From NCBI GenBank assembly GCA_951406725.2, contig OX597821.1:113460001-113524000 (forward strand): 64,000 nucleotides of DNA, read 5' to 3'. The stretch is from Octopus vulgaris (lineage: Eukaryota). A program made the position numbers and the translations under genes. Under the pieces are notes generated by a model. It made no database searches. It was not told where the DNA came from and saw only the letters and a list, made by a program, of their open reading frames with translations. The stretch's first letter is position 1. The number at the start of each line of letters is the position of its first letter. Of the stretch, positions 25,531-39,584 are shown piece by piece.

Positions 25531-25741
25531 AAGACGGACGAAATGCCACTGAGCCTTTTGTCCAGCGTGCTACCGCTTATGCAAAATATTATTATCCCAA
25601 TTTAATCATGAATGTATTTAATGTTTCCAGTTATAAATTCAATCCCCATGTAGTGGTGATGATGACACAATGTGTTGTTTTTTGATTTATTGTTATTTGT
25701 TTATTTTATATTTAAAAGCAAAATGTTTTTGTGTTTTTCAG

Positions 25742-25819
25742 TCCCTTGAAGACAGGATTGAATTATGTGAGGACTTAACTGTCAAGGAAAAGTACAATGT
25801 TATCAAAGTCACGGCCGAG
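25742..25819 (+). CDS. OSBPL9: Internal coding exon of OSBPL9-like gene (SLEDRIELCEDLTVKEKYNVIKVTAE)
   Basis: T-rich tract + TTTTCAG acceptor, GAG|GTAATT donor, 78 bp phase 0-0, in frame with neighbours. Fits the helical segment following LIEQ(L/V)K in ORP9. Confidence 0.78.
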
Positions 25820-27428
25820 GTAATTATCTCAATTTAATTAGTCTATGTAATCAGTCGTAAAGGGTTAACGAGCAACCAATCTGTGAATGGCATGTGATAT
25901 TGATTACAAAATAATTGATTAATTTCATCCAGTGGATCAGTGGATGATTGTTCCTCTAATTCTGAGAATCTCAGTGTTGTGGACTGCGAGATGTTCTGGC
26001 ACACACGTCTTCACATCTCACTATTTCGCATCACCAATTTAATGCCAACCTCTTTCACATGAAATATTTTCATGTTTCTCCCATTCTCTCTATCTCTATA
26101 TCTCCTCTCTCTCTCTCACTCTATCTCTCCTCTCTCTCCCCTCCTCTCTCTCTCCTCTCCTCTCTCTCTCCCCTCCTCTCTCTCCTCTCCCCTTCTCACT
26201 CTTCCCTTCTCTCTCTGCCCTTCTCTCTGTCTCCCTTCTCTCTCTCCTTTTCTCTCTTTTCTCCTTCCTCCTTTCCTTCTCTCCTCTCTCCCCTCCCCCC
26301 TCTCTCAGAGGGAAAAGTGTTTGTCAGTCATGTGCAATTAATACATTGTAATCTCCCTCCCTTTCAACAGTTCATGGTTGACTAATTAGCACCTGAACAA
26401 TAATTGTTTCTAATTTTGGCACAAGGCCAGCAATTTTGGCACAATTAATCTTCATCGTTTAACATCTGCTTTCCATGCTGGCATGGGTTGGACAGTTTGA
26501 CAAGCTGTTGTCCAGACACCAGCTATCTGTTGGGTCATGGTTTGTATGGCTGGATGCCCTTCTTAATGCCAACCACTTAAGAGTGTGCTGGGTGCTTTTT
26601 ACGTGCCACCAGCCCATGTGCTTTAATGCAGCTCTGGCACAAGCGTTTTTTAAGTGGCACCAGCACCTGAAAAAATAAGCCTGTATGTGTGGAAGACAGC
26701 AATTTTATCAAGTACAGCAAATTGCTCCATCTCCTGGTAACTTAGTAATAATAATAATAATAGTGAGCTTGTTGCATACAGCACTCAAATGCATTACAAT
26801 AAAAGCTAGAGTTGGTCATCAGCCACACGTAAGTATGGCTTGGTAACATGTACCATGCTTTCATTAATCGTTTTAGGTGCCTGTGTAGTCCATAAGCAGA
26901 TATAGACCCATTCTCAACTTGCTTGCTTTGACCCAGTGGCATGTCCAGGATGTGTCATTTGGAGAGACAGACAGATGATGCTGACTGCATGAGCATGTAG
27001 CTGGTACTCATTTCCAGCTCAGTAGACTGGAGCTAATCAAGGTCACAATAGGAATGAAACCTACGACATAATGGTTATGATTGTGAGATAAACTCCCTAA
27101 CCCCTAACCCATATTGCAATATTGAATACTATGAACTGATCGGAACAGTTCAAATTCCTCCGAGGTTGGTTGACTTTGCCTTTCATCCTTTTGGGGTGGG
27201 GTCGATAAAATAAAAGTACTAATTGAGTCCTGAGGTCGATGTAATTAACTTGGCCCCTCCCCTGAAACTGCTGGCTTTGAGCTAAAATTTGAAATCCTTA
27301 TTTATCTGCCATGGTCGATTTGCCTTCCATCATGCTAGATAAAATTAGTATCAGTCAACTTCTAGGGTCTATGTAATTGACTTACCCCACTCCCCACAAA
27401 ATAATCCTTGTGTCTGTAGTAGAAAGGG

Positions 27429-27795
27429 TTATTACCTTCGTGAGGGTGGGGGTATTGTTTTAAGTTGTGTTGGTTTGTTTGTTTGTCCGTGGACAAGATA
27501 TCTCAAGAACCGCTGGATGGATTCAGATGAAACTTTCAGGAGTGTGTGGCCTCATGACTGGCATGAACTGATTAGATTCTGGGATAAATCCGGTACCAGA
27601 CAAGGATTCTGGATTATTTTTCCAGTTTTTTTACTTAATTTTTGAGAGTGGTCGGGTTCATTTTTAGTATTCTTATTTGTGAGAGCAGTTGAGTTTATTT
27701 CAGATATTGTCATTTTAAAAATTGTCTCCTGCTAATTCATTGCAAGGACATTGGTGTTACCTTGATTTAGGTTTGCATTCTCTGAGTGCACTTAT
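27429..27795 (+). mobile_element. Helentron-associated non-autonomous element (HINE/DINE-1-like)
   Basis: TTATTACCTTCG..GGTATTGTTTT, (GTTT)n, ATATCTCAAGAACCGCTGGATGGATTCAGATGAAACTT, terminal hairpin GCATTCTCTGAGTGC. Confidence 0.6.
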
Positions 27796-28691
27796 TATCA
27801 TCAAAATCATTGGATTGGTAGAATCATTAGTGTCGGACAAAATCCCTTGGGGCATTTTTTCCATGCCTTTATGTTCAGAGTTGCCTTTTGCTGACCCCCC
27901 CCCCACACACTCACTGCTGACGTGCCTAAACTAGAGACCACTACTACTGCTACATCAAACGAAGAAAAGCCTGTACATAGCAGTGACCTTTTCTTTTTAT
28001 GCTGGTTCCTAGTGTAGTCAGTGTTAATGATATGCTTTTGTGACAGAGACCATAATCTTCATGCTGGTCTTTTTATCAAACTATCTCCAACTATCTCCAT
28101 ATAAAACCAACCATTTACAACATCATTATCAGCTAACTTCATACATTTTAATTAATGACCTTTCGAGTGTTTTGTTATGTTTATTAACTTTTTTCTTTTC
28201 TTCCATTTTGTTATCAGAAACTGTAAGCTTATCAATTTAAACATGATTCTTGAGAACATTTAATGAAATAATGTGACTGACTGATAAATTAGTGTTTAGT
28301 CTTTGGCTATCAACTGATAACTGTTGTTTTATTTTGTTTTGTTTTTTTTTTGTGTTTTCTTTGCTGTGTGATAAGAAGCTTGCTTCCCAACCACTTGGTT
28401 CCAGGTTCAGTCCCACTGTATGGCACCTTGGGCAAGTGTCTTCTATTATAGTCTCAGGCCTACCAAAGCCTTGTGAGTGGATTTGGTAGAGGGGAAACTG
28501 AGAGAAACCCAGAGTTGTTGGTGTTAGGAAGGGCAAATAGCTGTAAAATCTCTGCCAAAACAGACATGGTGGCCTTGGATAGATTTTCTACCTGGCTGGC
28601 TCCTGTCAGACCATCCACCCCATGCCTGCATGGAAGGCGGATGTTAAACAATGATGATGATGATGATTATCTATATATATATATATATATA

Positions 28692-29065
28692 TCCTCCAGG
28701 CAAATGATGTAGGCCTCCATGTTGAGTCTGAGGCCATGTGGGAAGCATAACGTTGCCATCACTGCTGATCATTCCAAACACCATGATGTTGACTGGATGT
28801 TTGATTTTTATCACTCTTGGTACATGTCCTCAGACTGACACCCAAACGCCCTGAAATATTCGTACTGGAGCTTCCAGCATGAATGCCAAGCAGTACAGCA
28901 TGTTGTTTCCAAATTTCTGTTAGAGTGAATTGCATCATAATGCTATTTTTCTCACAGACGGTGCCCAACTGACCCTACTATACTGTATAGTCGAAAAAAT
29001 CAAAAACAAACAATTTGCATGCATGAAATGAAAAATATATGATGATGACAATTTACCCATCATAA
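28692..29065 (-). pseudogene. Deleted Tc1/mariner transposase relic
   Basis: HTH-like N-terminus (HAVLLGIHAG..ISGRLGVSLRT) and KHPVNIMVFGMISSDG..HGLRLNMEAYIICLE segment. Confidence 0.65.
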
Positions 29066-29114
29066 CCTATGTGTGTGTGTGTGTGTGTGTGTGTGATATA
29101 TATATATATATATA

Positions 29115-29757
29115 TCATCATTATCATTTAACATCCGTTTTCCTTGCTAGCATGGGTTGGATGGTTCGACTGGGGTCTGGGAAGCCAGGAGGCTGCACCA
29201 GGCACCAGTCTCATCTGGCAGTGTTTCTACAGCTGAATGCCCTTCCTAATGCCAACCACTCCGTGAGTATGGTGGGTGCTTTTTACATGCCACTGGCACA
29301 GGGGCCAGACGAGGCTGGCAAACGGCCACGGTCGGTTGGTGCTTTTACGTGTCACCAACACAGACGCCAGTCAGGCGGCGTTGGCATCTGCCACGTTCGG
29401 ACGGTGCTTTTAACGTGTCACCGGCATGGGTATCTTAACTACAATTTCCATTTGATTTTCATTTTGATGTTGGTGTTAATGTACTTGACTCAATAGGTCT
29501 CCTCAGGAACAGTGGGTCACTCTACAATCCAAGGTTAGCACAGCAGGCCATCCTGTGAGCCATAAACTCACTTTATTTGTCAGGTCTTCGAAGTCACATC
29601 ATATCTCCAGAGGTCTTGGTCTTTCGTCATAGCCTCTGTGAGGTTCAGTGCACGATGGTCATGCTTGACCACCTCGTCCCATGTCTTCCTGGGTCTACCT
29701 CTACCCTGGATTCCTTCAACAGTTTGGGAGTGGCACTTCTTCACACATCTCTCCTCA
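29115..29757 (-). mobile_element. Short 5'-truncated copy of the RTE family
   Basis: EERCVKKCHSQTVEGIQGRGRPRKTWDEVVKHD..DLWRY followed by the family 3' UTR. Confidence 0.88.
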
Positions 29758-30242
29758 AAGACAGATACAAAGGTACACACAGACACACACACATGCATGT
29801 GTATGTGTGTTTGTCTGTCTGTCTTTGTGTGTGTCTTTGCGACTGTTTGTCTTCCACCACCGCTTGACAACTGGCATTGGTGTGTTTATGTCCCTTGTAA
29901 CTTAGCAGTTCAGCCAAAGACACTGATAGAATAAGTACCAGGCTTTAAAAAATTAATACTGAGATCGAGTCATTGAGCAAAAAGAAAATATTCTTCAAAT
30001 CACTGCCCCAGCATGGCTGCAGTCTAATAGCTGAAACAAGTAAAAGATAAATAGTGTAAATAACTTTCATGGACACACAGACAGATTCAGATAAGAGATT
30101 AGAGATCAATAATAAAAACAAGATAATGCTGTAGAGATCGTATTTCCTGGTCTGAGACATTTTGGCACTGTCCCCTTGGCATCGCTGACTCAATGCTGAT
30201 TTACTTGGCAGCAGACATTTTCTCCTCTTTCTCTTCATCTTC

Positions 30243-30274
<32 letters not shown>

Positions 30275-31754
30275 AGTTATGTCTGCATGAATGTGTTATA
30301 TCTTTTCCCTCTGTCCTCCTCCTCCCCTATATATCTGGGCACTTATGTGTGTGTATATGTGTCTGTCTGTGTGTGTGTATATGTGTCTGTCTGTGTGTGT
30401 GTATATGTGTCTGTCTGTGTGTGTGTGTTAAACAGACTGAATGTCCAATCAGCCATGCCAAACCATTAGCACCGAAACAGCCGGGCCCAATCTTTTCGTT
30501 CCATCTTTCTCCTATTTATAGTTTTATTGTTTAACCTTAGGTCACTCCTTATCATGCAGAAGCCATGACTATCCAATCTTTATCTTTTTCTGACAAAGTG
30601 TCTACATTATCCAATATTGCTTTCCTCCTAGCTTTTTCTTCTTTCTTGCATGGTCTGATGTGATCTGAGGGAAATTTAGCTGCTACATTTAGACGGTCAA
30701 ACAACCACATACAGATTCTCTTACTTGGTTGCTCAAATGGCATTTGTATGATGGTTACATTTCAAGGATTTGGCTGGAATCATTTAACCCTAGGTCACTC
30801 TTTTGCTAGAAGACCTACAAAGAAAGGGAATCCTATCTGGACCTTCACTCCATCCCCCAGACATTGTATCTAGATCTTTCTAATCCAGTTTGTATATTCT
30901 GTTTTAGGATGGGATTCTAGAGTATTAGGAAGAATTGGCTGCTATTTTTAACAGGTCAAATTGTCACTGCAGAAATTTCAATTTGAAAGGTTTTTCTGAG
31001 TGGTCATGTGGTAAGAAGCTTGCTTCCCAACCACATGGTTCTGGGTCCAGACCCACTACATGGCTCCTTGGGCAAGTGTCTTTTTCAGTAGCCTCAGGCC
31101 AACCAAAGCCTTGTGAGTGAATTTGTTAGATGGAAACTGAAAGAACCCTGTCATGTGTGTGTGTGTTTGTCCTTCACTGCTGCTTGACAACCAGTGTTGG
31201 TGTGTTTACATCCCTGTAATGTAGCAGTTCAGCAAAAGACACCAATAAAATAAGAAACCAGGCTTTGGGGGGAAAAAGTACTTGTGTCAATTCATTCGAC
31301 TAAAATTCCTTAGAGTGGTGCCCCAGCATGGCCACAGTCTAATGACGGAAACAAGTAAAAGATAAAAGGCTGTCCTTCCTATCATGATACTAACCAGATG
31401 AGTGTATTATGGCTTCCACCAAACTAGGAGGCTGGTACCATTTCTAAATGAATGATCTCTTGTGTTGTCTTCAGCACAACACATGGACATGCAACCCATA
31501 AAGAAAACAAGATAACACGAGAGAGATAGTGGTGTCAGTGGCTGACACACATAAAATTGGGTGTATGAAATTTGCCTCTGTGATACGATCATAACCTTCT
31601 CAACAAAGGGAAGCAGATAGACTGGGCTGTGTTAGGAAAATTTTCTAGTAACTTGCTGTTGTAAGCTTATCAGAATATGTTTAAGGATCGTAAATTACTG
31701 ATAACTTTCTAGACTAGGTCATTATCTGTCTATTTCTCTCACTGCAACACTCAC

Positions 31755-31800
<46 letters not shown>

Positions 31801-33591
31801 AATAGCAAGTGTGTGTAGTGGTGTGTGCGCAAGCATTTGTAGGTTGCCATCTGCACTTCTGTGTGTGAGTGGATGCGTGCTCGTGTGCCTGCACAATTGA
31901 AAGAGAGAGAGAAAGAACACTAGTTATTACTGTGAGTGTTGCATTATTTTGTCAAATTAACATCAGTTATCAATAAAAGTGGGAGCCTTCGAGAGGCTTA
32001 CGTAGAACCTACATTTACACCTGTCTGTCTACACTGAGAAAATTTTTCCATGACAAAATATGTCTGTATGGTTTTCTTACTGATTCGAATATGCATCAAG
32101 CATATTTGAATTGGTAAACAAGTTTGTATTTGCTGATATTGCAGGTTATATAAAAGTAAAGGCAAATATTTAATCAATTCTGCAGCAATGTAGTTCCGTA
32201 GAGGAATGGTGAAGATCTCTGTTGGAGATAGGTTAACGTTGGGAATAACTCATCAGAAAACCTTAACAACATCAAAAGGAGCGAACAAAGTTCATTTGAC
32301 AAAACTTTGAACTAGTTAAGACTAGTTAAAACTGAAATGAAGAAGCTGGGTGTAGACAAGACACTTTGAGGTCTTACTGAAAGAATGAGGAACACGAGGG
32401 AGTGAATGATCAATGATTGTTGGGGCTTGTTGACACAGCATTTAAAGAAGCTGAAATTATTTCAATCAATGGTTTGAGAAGCCATTAAGAAGATAAAACA
32501 TACAGTAACATTCAAGCATAGTCGTTGTCAGTGCCACTGGACTGGCTCCTGTGCAGGTGGCACGTAAAAAATACCACTTGAGTGTGGTCGTTGGTACTGC
32601 CTAACTGGCCCTCATGCCAGTGGCATGTAAAAGCACCCACTACACTCTCGGAGTGGTTGGCATTAGGAAGGGCATCCAGCTGTAGAAACACTGCCAGATC
32701 AGATTGGAGCCTGGTGCAGCTTTCTGGCTTGCCAGTCCTCAGTCAAACTGTCCAACCCATGCCAGCATAGAAAGCGGATGTTAAACGACAATGATGATGG
32801 TGAGTAAACCCCCTTCTATCTGACACCACTGGAACTGGAACTGGAACATTGCTGGATAACTGAATTTTCCAGAACACCGCCTTTCAAATTGCCTCAACAC
32901 CTTACAAAACTCATGAGAGAGAGTTGAAATTTTACAGAAAAACAAAAGATGAAGACAGGTGTATCAGTCTGATGGTCAGGAAGGTGAGAAATTTTTTCAC
33001 GTTTCGAGCCCACGCTCTTCAACAGACAGGAACACAAGGATATAAACACATAGAGAGAGAGAATATATCAGTGTTACCATTAATATTCTGAACATAGTAG
33101 AAATGAAAGAAATAAAAATATGATTTAAGCAAAGAAGATTTTATTATCCTAATGAAATATACTGTAATTTCAGTAAAATGCTTTGAAACAGCTGTATTGC
33201 ACTTTGAGAAGCAACGATCCGTCTTAGATGCAGCAGAAACTTTCTTTTAATGGCAGTTAATTAACACAAATTCGCACTACCAATTACCAACACATTTTTT
33301 TTTATGAGTACCGGTTGGCTGAGAGATCTGATTTTCATGTGACCGACAAACATTTACTTTTATGTTATTGTTAGCGTGTCAGAAAAATGCTTAGCGACCT
33401 TTCTTTTGGATCTTTATGTTTTCGTTTCAATTCGTACTTTTGGGGTCAGTGGGAAAAGTATGAGTTTGGCACTGGAGTCGATGTAATCAACTTCCCCCTC
33501 CCCCGAAATTGCTGGCCTTGTGCCAAAATTTGAAACCATTCCGGCATTGAGCTGGCAGAATCCTTCGTGTGTCAAACAACATGCTTAACAG

Positions 33592-35777
33592 TGTAGCATA
33601 GCGAGGATAGCTGAATTATGTCCCTTTGCTGGCAAATACCACCAGGTAGCAAGGTTCCAGTCACTATGCTAAAAGTGGTGATCCCAACGAAAGAAGTCTC
33701 ACCCGCTAACGAAAGATACTTTTGCCTTCAGAAACAGAACACAAACATATATGCTTGCCAAAACACACAGACCTGGCTTCACTCAGGTTTAATTTTTCTG
33801 CTTGCCACCATTTGAACACTGCATCGAAGATGGCCTCCAATTTTTATCAACTGGATCAACTCACTGCTTCAACTTACTGAGTTTTTACAGCCCTGTGATG
33901 CCAACTCATTTCACCAGCTCAACTCTGGTTCATTTTACAGCACTGAACTGCACTCGTATTAGATCATCTCTCCTTGCTTCCTGTGTCTCTGATGCACAGC
34001 TTCGGCTGGTGGAATTGCATCAGAAACAGCAGGCACTGCTGTAATTTCTACTCTGATTCAGCCGCTGCCTCGACACCTTCAGGCATCTCACCTCCTTCGA
34101 ACTATCTTTATATGAACTGACCATTTTCAACATGGTGGATGACTTTCTCCTCCCATGCATGATGCCGTAGTCTTTCACACATGTGCACCAGTGCCATTCA
34201 TGGCCTAGCGGCAGCGGACTCGCAGTCGAATATCGCTGGTTCGAATCTCAGACTGGGTGATGTGTGTGTTTATGAGCGAAAACACCTAAGCTCCACGCAG
34301 ATCTGGCAGAAGGTAATGGCTAACTTCTGCTGACTCTTTCGCCACAACTTTCTCTCACTCTTTCCTCCTGCATCTTGCAGTTCATCTGCTACGGACTGGT
34401 GTCCCGTCCAGGTGGGGAACTTCTACGCCAAGGAAACTGGGAAACCGGCCCTTATGAGCCAGGCATGGCTCGAGAAGGAACAAACAACAACCAGTGCCAT
34501 TCACCTCGCTTTGACTAGAATTTTCCCACTCAATGTCTTTTTTGTTTTGTACCAGTTGTATGGACTGGTTTTCACACTGAAGAACAAACTTCTCAAAGTA
34601 TTTCTCCTTGCTTCATCATGTCTTGGATGTTTCCATTTTTGGCTCCTGCATTTTTTATTGGCAACTTTTGCTTGTACATCAATACATTCCTGCTTTCCTA
34701 GATTTGTACTTTAGACTACCAGTTTTAACTTTGAGCCATTCAGAGACCACTCTCTCTGCTCAACAAGTTGGAACAGATATTTTTCTTCCCACTGATGATA
34801 GAAAGTAGGTTTTTACATTCTTTTTCCTTTCCTCTGCCTTTTGTGCCGTTGCCTTACTCTACTCTACTACAAATTCTAGAAGCTACCAACATTGGTCTTG
34901 GAGGGGGATAATGTAGCACAGTAAAGATAGCTGAATTACGTCCCTTTGGTGGCAAACACCACCAGGTAGCAAGGATAGCTGAAGTACGTCCCTTTGTTGG
35001 TAAACGCCACCAGGTAGTGTGACAGCTGACACCTATATATTCCAGTGATTTCGGGTAGTTTTCCTCTTTATCTTGCCATTTCGACACCAAGGAGTATGAA
35101 TATCTCTCTTCTGCCTAAGGCCACAAACCATATGCAGTTACCTATTTCTTTACTACCCACAAGGGGCCAAACACAGAGAGGACAAACAAACGGATTAAAT
35201 CGATTATATCAACCCCAGTGCATAACTGGTACTTATTTAATCGAGCCCGAAAGGATGAAAGGCAAAGTCGACCTCGACGGAATTTGAACTCAGAACGTAG
35301 TGGCAGACGAAATACCACTGTGCATTTCGCCCGGCGTGCTAACGATTCTGCCAGCTCGCCGTCGTTCTAATGACGTTTGCCTAGCCAACTTCTTACTACC
35401 GTTGTTATAACGATGCCTGCCTAATAGATTTCAGACTACTCTCATTCTCCTGCTTTATGATGGCGACTTGTTCAGCAACTAACTTTATCATCTCACAAGA
35501 CCAGTAACTTCCCTAACACCTGCAATGAATTTGTTACAGTAAGCCCAAGCCATGAACTGAACATATTTTCTGACTAAACCTCACACGACACTGCACACGT
35601 GTTTCTGTTACCTTTACAATTTCTTCTCACGACTAGTTAGCTCTTACTTGTTATCTAAAAGGATCCAAGGCAATGTGGCTATTTGATTTCTTACATCATG
35701 TAAAAAGCTGTGTTTATACCATCTATTCTGAATAAATTTTATTTATTGTGGTAAACCATCTTCATCTTCTTATACAA
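33592..35777 (+). mobile_element. Possible decayed LTR-retrotransposon remnant with SINE insertions
   Basis: Direct repeats starting TGTAGCA..GATAGCTGAATTA.GTCCCTTTG at 33592 and 34912. The second is preceded by purine tract GGAGGGGGATA; AATAAA and a terminal CA near 35777. Confidence 0.4.
34201..34489 (+). mobile_element. tRNA-derived SINE related to family C, (AAC)n tail; older relatives at ~13650-13930+, 51979-52297+, 56237-56473-
   Basis: GGTTCGAATCT B-box; 14-bp TSD ACCAGTGCCATTCA at 34187-34200 and 34490-34503. Confidence 0.8.
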
Positions 35778-37172
35778 ACTTGACATGCTAAAACGATATT
35801 TCTGGCTTTATGTTCAGTGTTAAAATTCCGCCGATGTCAACATTGCCTTTCATTCTTTTGGGGTCGACGCAATCGACCTGTTCCCTTCCCTGAAATTTCA
35901 GGTCTTGTGCCTACAGCAGAAAGGATTATTTAAGTGGCAAAATGGCAGAATCGTTAGCATGTCAGACAAAATGTTTTGTGGTGTTTGCTCTTGGTGTTTG
36001 TAAGTTCAAATATCACTAAGGGTAACTTCACCTTTCATCCCTTCAGGGTAGATCAAATATGTACCAATCGAGTTCTGGCGTCGATGTAATCGATTTAACC
36101 CTTCTGGCCTTGTGCCAAAAATTAGAACCATTTATTGAAAAGAATTCTGGAAATATCAGTTTCTGTCAGATTGTTGAAGGCCTTACTGGATCAGTTCGAA
36201 ATTATATTTGTATATCCGGCCAATTGGAAACACTGTCGAGTTGTTTGGCATCTACCCAGCTGTCGTTGTTCTCAATCATCGATTATAATCTTTGTGCTAT
36301 AGGCACAGGCCCGAAATTTCAGGTGGCGGGGGGTGGGGTCTAGTCGATTACATCGATTCCAGTAATCAACTGATACGTTATTTTATCGACCACGAAAGGA
36401 AGAAAGATAAGGTCGACCCCGGCGGAATTTGAACTGAGAACGTCAAGAGCTGGAGGAAATTCCGCTGAGCATTCTGCCAATTCGCTGTCTTCCATTCAGT
36501 ATAGGGGAGACTACTCTTGATAAACAAAACTTTATAAAAAGTGATAATTTGGGAACCTGGCCGTTCTCTAAATTAATTCCGTTTGTCACAAAGAGAGATT
36601 TATGATAGGAATGGTTGTGGGTGGGGAACATTCTACTCACTGCTATCGGTCTTTTTTTTTTTTTTCTTTTTAAGTATAATGTATTTCGTGCTTATATTGT
36701 GGTAAGAAAGTTTAGCTGCTATTTTTAGCTCACCCGCACACAGTGGCACATAATCAATGTAGAATATGCTATCGACGAGAGCTATTTGTGCGTGATCCCG
36801 GTGCGCGTACTCGCGCATCCTCGCCAGCTAGTCATGACTAGTCGATCCTTACTTTGTGTTTTTGTGTGTTATTTACTTTGTTTAAAAAATTATTTACTTT
36901 GTGTTTTTGTGTTTTATTTGCTTTGTTTAACAAAAATTATTTAATTTGTGCAAAAAAAATTATTTATTTTGTGTTTTATTTACTTTGCTAGGTAGTCGTT
37001 GTAGGATCGACTACTTACGACTAGCTAGCGCGGATGCGCGTCAGTTCGCTAGTAGTAAAAAAAATTCCATGTGTTTGTCTGTGGACATGTGTGTGTGTAC
37101 ACACACAAATTTGTTAATTTAATTTTTAACAATATTATCGTTAGTGGTGGGTTCCTTCCATATAATAACACA

Positions 37173-37353
37173 TTCAGTATTTTGAGTATCATTACCAAAC
37201 AGGCATATCTGGTTAATGTAACGATCAAATTAAATTTATTGATATGATAATATAATAACGTATATATTCAGTTTATTTTTGTATCACTAAATTTAATTTG
37301 ACTGTTATATTAACCAGACATGCCTGTTTAGTAATGAGACTTAGAATACTGAA
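37173..37353. repeat. AT-rich fold-back (~65-bp imperfect inverted arms)
   Basis: TTCAGTATT..CATTACCAAACAGGCATATCTGGTTAAT mirrored by ATTAACCAGACATGCCTGTTTAGTAATG..AATACTGAA. Confidence 0.8.
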
Positions 37354-37699
37354 CTTCTGATGTGTGTTTGTGTCCTGACATTGTTTGATAGTTTATGAGT
37401 GTCTCTGTCCTTCATTTCCAGTCTCCTGTGAAAAGATATCCGACTACAGGGGGAAATAACACTGTACCTGGAAGTAGGTGAGGGTTAATGACAGGAAAAG
37501 CATCCAGCTATAGAAAACCTGCCTTGATAAATTCCATTTGAAAGTGGACGTTAAGACTATGATGATAAGAGTTTCGGATCAATTTATCACAACCTTATAG
37601 AAATCTACTGCTATTACTCATGTAATCCACTACCTGCTCATTGTCGAGTGGTTGTTCACTAAAACTGGCTCTGTATTAAGCTTATCTAGTGCTGGGTGT

Positions 37700-38330
37700 G
37701 TGAACATCCAACATGCTTTGAAAACCTGTCAAAGGTGAATAAGCACACCTTGAGTGCCAACAGCATGCATGTCTTGGAGAAGAGATAGGTGCCGTGAGGA
37801 TTACCAATCTCACGGAACACTTGAATGAAAATTCCCCCAATATTTAATTCTATACCAAATTGGTTGATTCCTGGGTTCATAAAAAATCCCTCAAGACTGA
37901 GAGGAGCAAGTGACAAAAACAATTCGGTGCCCCAACAACATAAAAGCTCCAAAAACAGACCTGACTTGATTTTTACCATCTTGAAATTTGTTAATGAAAT
38001 TGTTTATAATTGAGTATTTTACTAAGTATAATTTCCCTCCATCTACAATTGTTGTACTTCTGCCTTTATAGTTTTCTTCAGTATGGTACTGACAGCTTTG
38101 TTTTACAACCCCGTATCTTATTCTAAGGTTATTTGATAATTTTCTCGTTAACATTTGACACCTCCTCAATAATGTCTCCTTGCTGTCTTGAAAATTTAAA
38201 CAAAGTCTGATGTTAGACCAGAAGTTCAAACTTGTTCCTGATGAATAGCACTGAGTACATCAGGTACTCCATTTCTTGGAATTCTCTTTTCTGTAACCAT
38301 ATTTGCACCCCCACATAATTTCAAAATGTA
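37700..38330 (-). pseudogene. Possible decayed Penelope-like linker/GIY-YIG fragment
   Basis: IRLCLNF..LRRCQMLTRKL and KSGLFLELLCC.G.ELF segments resemble the Penelope C-terminus; heavily frameshifted. Confidence 0.4.
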
Positions 38331-39584
38331 TTGTGAGTTCAATCCTAGGTTAGTCCTAAAAACATAGAAATTTAAATTTGAGAATATAGACTCCTCGGCA
38401 ACCTATGCATTAACGTTCAATCTATGTCCATAGTGAATTGTTAGTGCCAGAGTATAAGGAAATGGTGTTACTCATCCAAACTATGCAACCAATATAGAAT
38501 TAGAATGTTATTTCACAGTCTCATGAAAATACCAACATGTTATAAATGGCAATAAAATCCAATTGAGTAGTTGTTATTTAGCCCCACATCAACCCTGACT
38601 TAGTAGACTTAGGATCAAAGGCATTCCAGCCCTGACCATTTCACTTGTCTCTCAGCCATTGCCTGTCTAGGACTACATTATCCAATGTATCTCTTTCTCT
38701 TCAAGACAACAGGCTTATAATTTCATGGAGATTTACTGCTATTTTTAGGATTTGGGACAACCACATGTAGGCTCCCTTGTTGGCTCTTCTATTTCATTAG
38801 TTAACACGCCACCAAAGCATCAACAAGTGGATATCTGTTTCCCTGCCAAGTATTCAGTTTAAATTTTCTTTCATACAACCCTAATGCCCACACCAGCACT
38901 CTTCTGAAACCCAAATTATTCAAGTCTAGACTAATCCCCAAGGAATTTTAATTTTTATGTTTTCTGTACTTTTTTCGCTTAGCATCTAATTTCAGTCACA
39001 AAACAAAAAAAAGAAAAAGTTCTTTACCCTATTCAGTAAATATTCATATCAAATACTCGTATCCTGCCAAAAGTTTTCACTTTACTTCTTGCTATCTTTT
39101 ATGTAGGATTTCATTCAACAGTGAAATATTTCAGCTGTTCTAAGTAATTTGTAACAAACTAATTTAAAGTTGACCTATTTGTGTTGTCCTAACGAGTTTT
39201 TTTTTTCATAAATATACAAAAATAATTATTGTTAATCACTGAACCTCCTGATAAGAAACTGCAGACAAGTTAACTGTTCTGACTGTGTAGCATTAAAATG
39301 TTGACCTATTAAAATTGCTTCTCGGTTCTTTCCACTACCACCTTAATCGTTGTCGTAGAATATAGACCGATGGTGTAGAGAATTGAACCACAGACACCTC
39401 TCTGACTTTTACTAATCAGGGTTCTTAGTACTCTCTCCCTCTCTCTCTCTCTCTCCCTCTCTTTATCTGTCTGTCTATCCTATTTGTTTGTGTGTCTATC
39501 CATCTATCAGTCTGTTTGTCTATCTGTCTATCTGTTCGTCTATCAGTCCATTTATCTCCCTATCCATCTATCTCCCTTTCTGTC

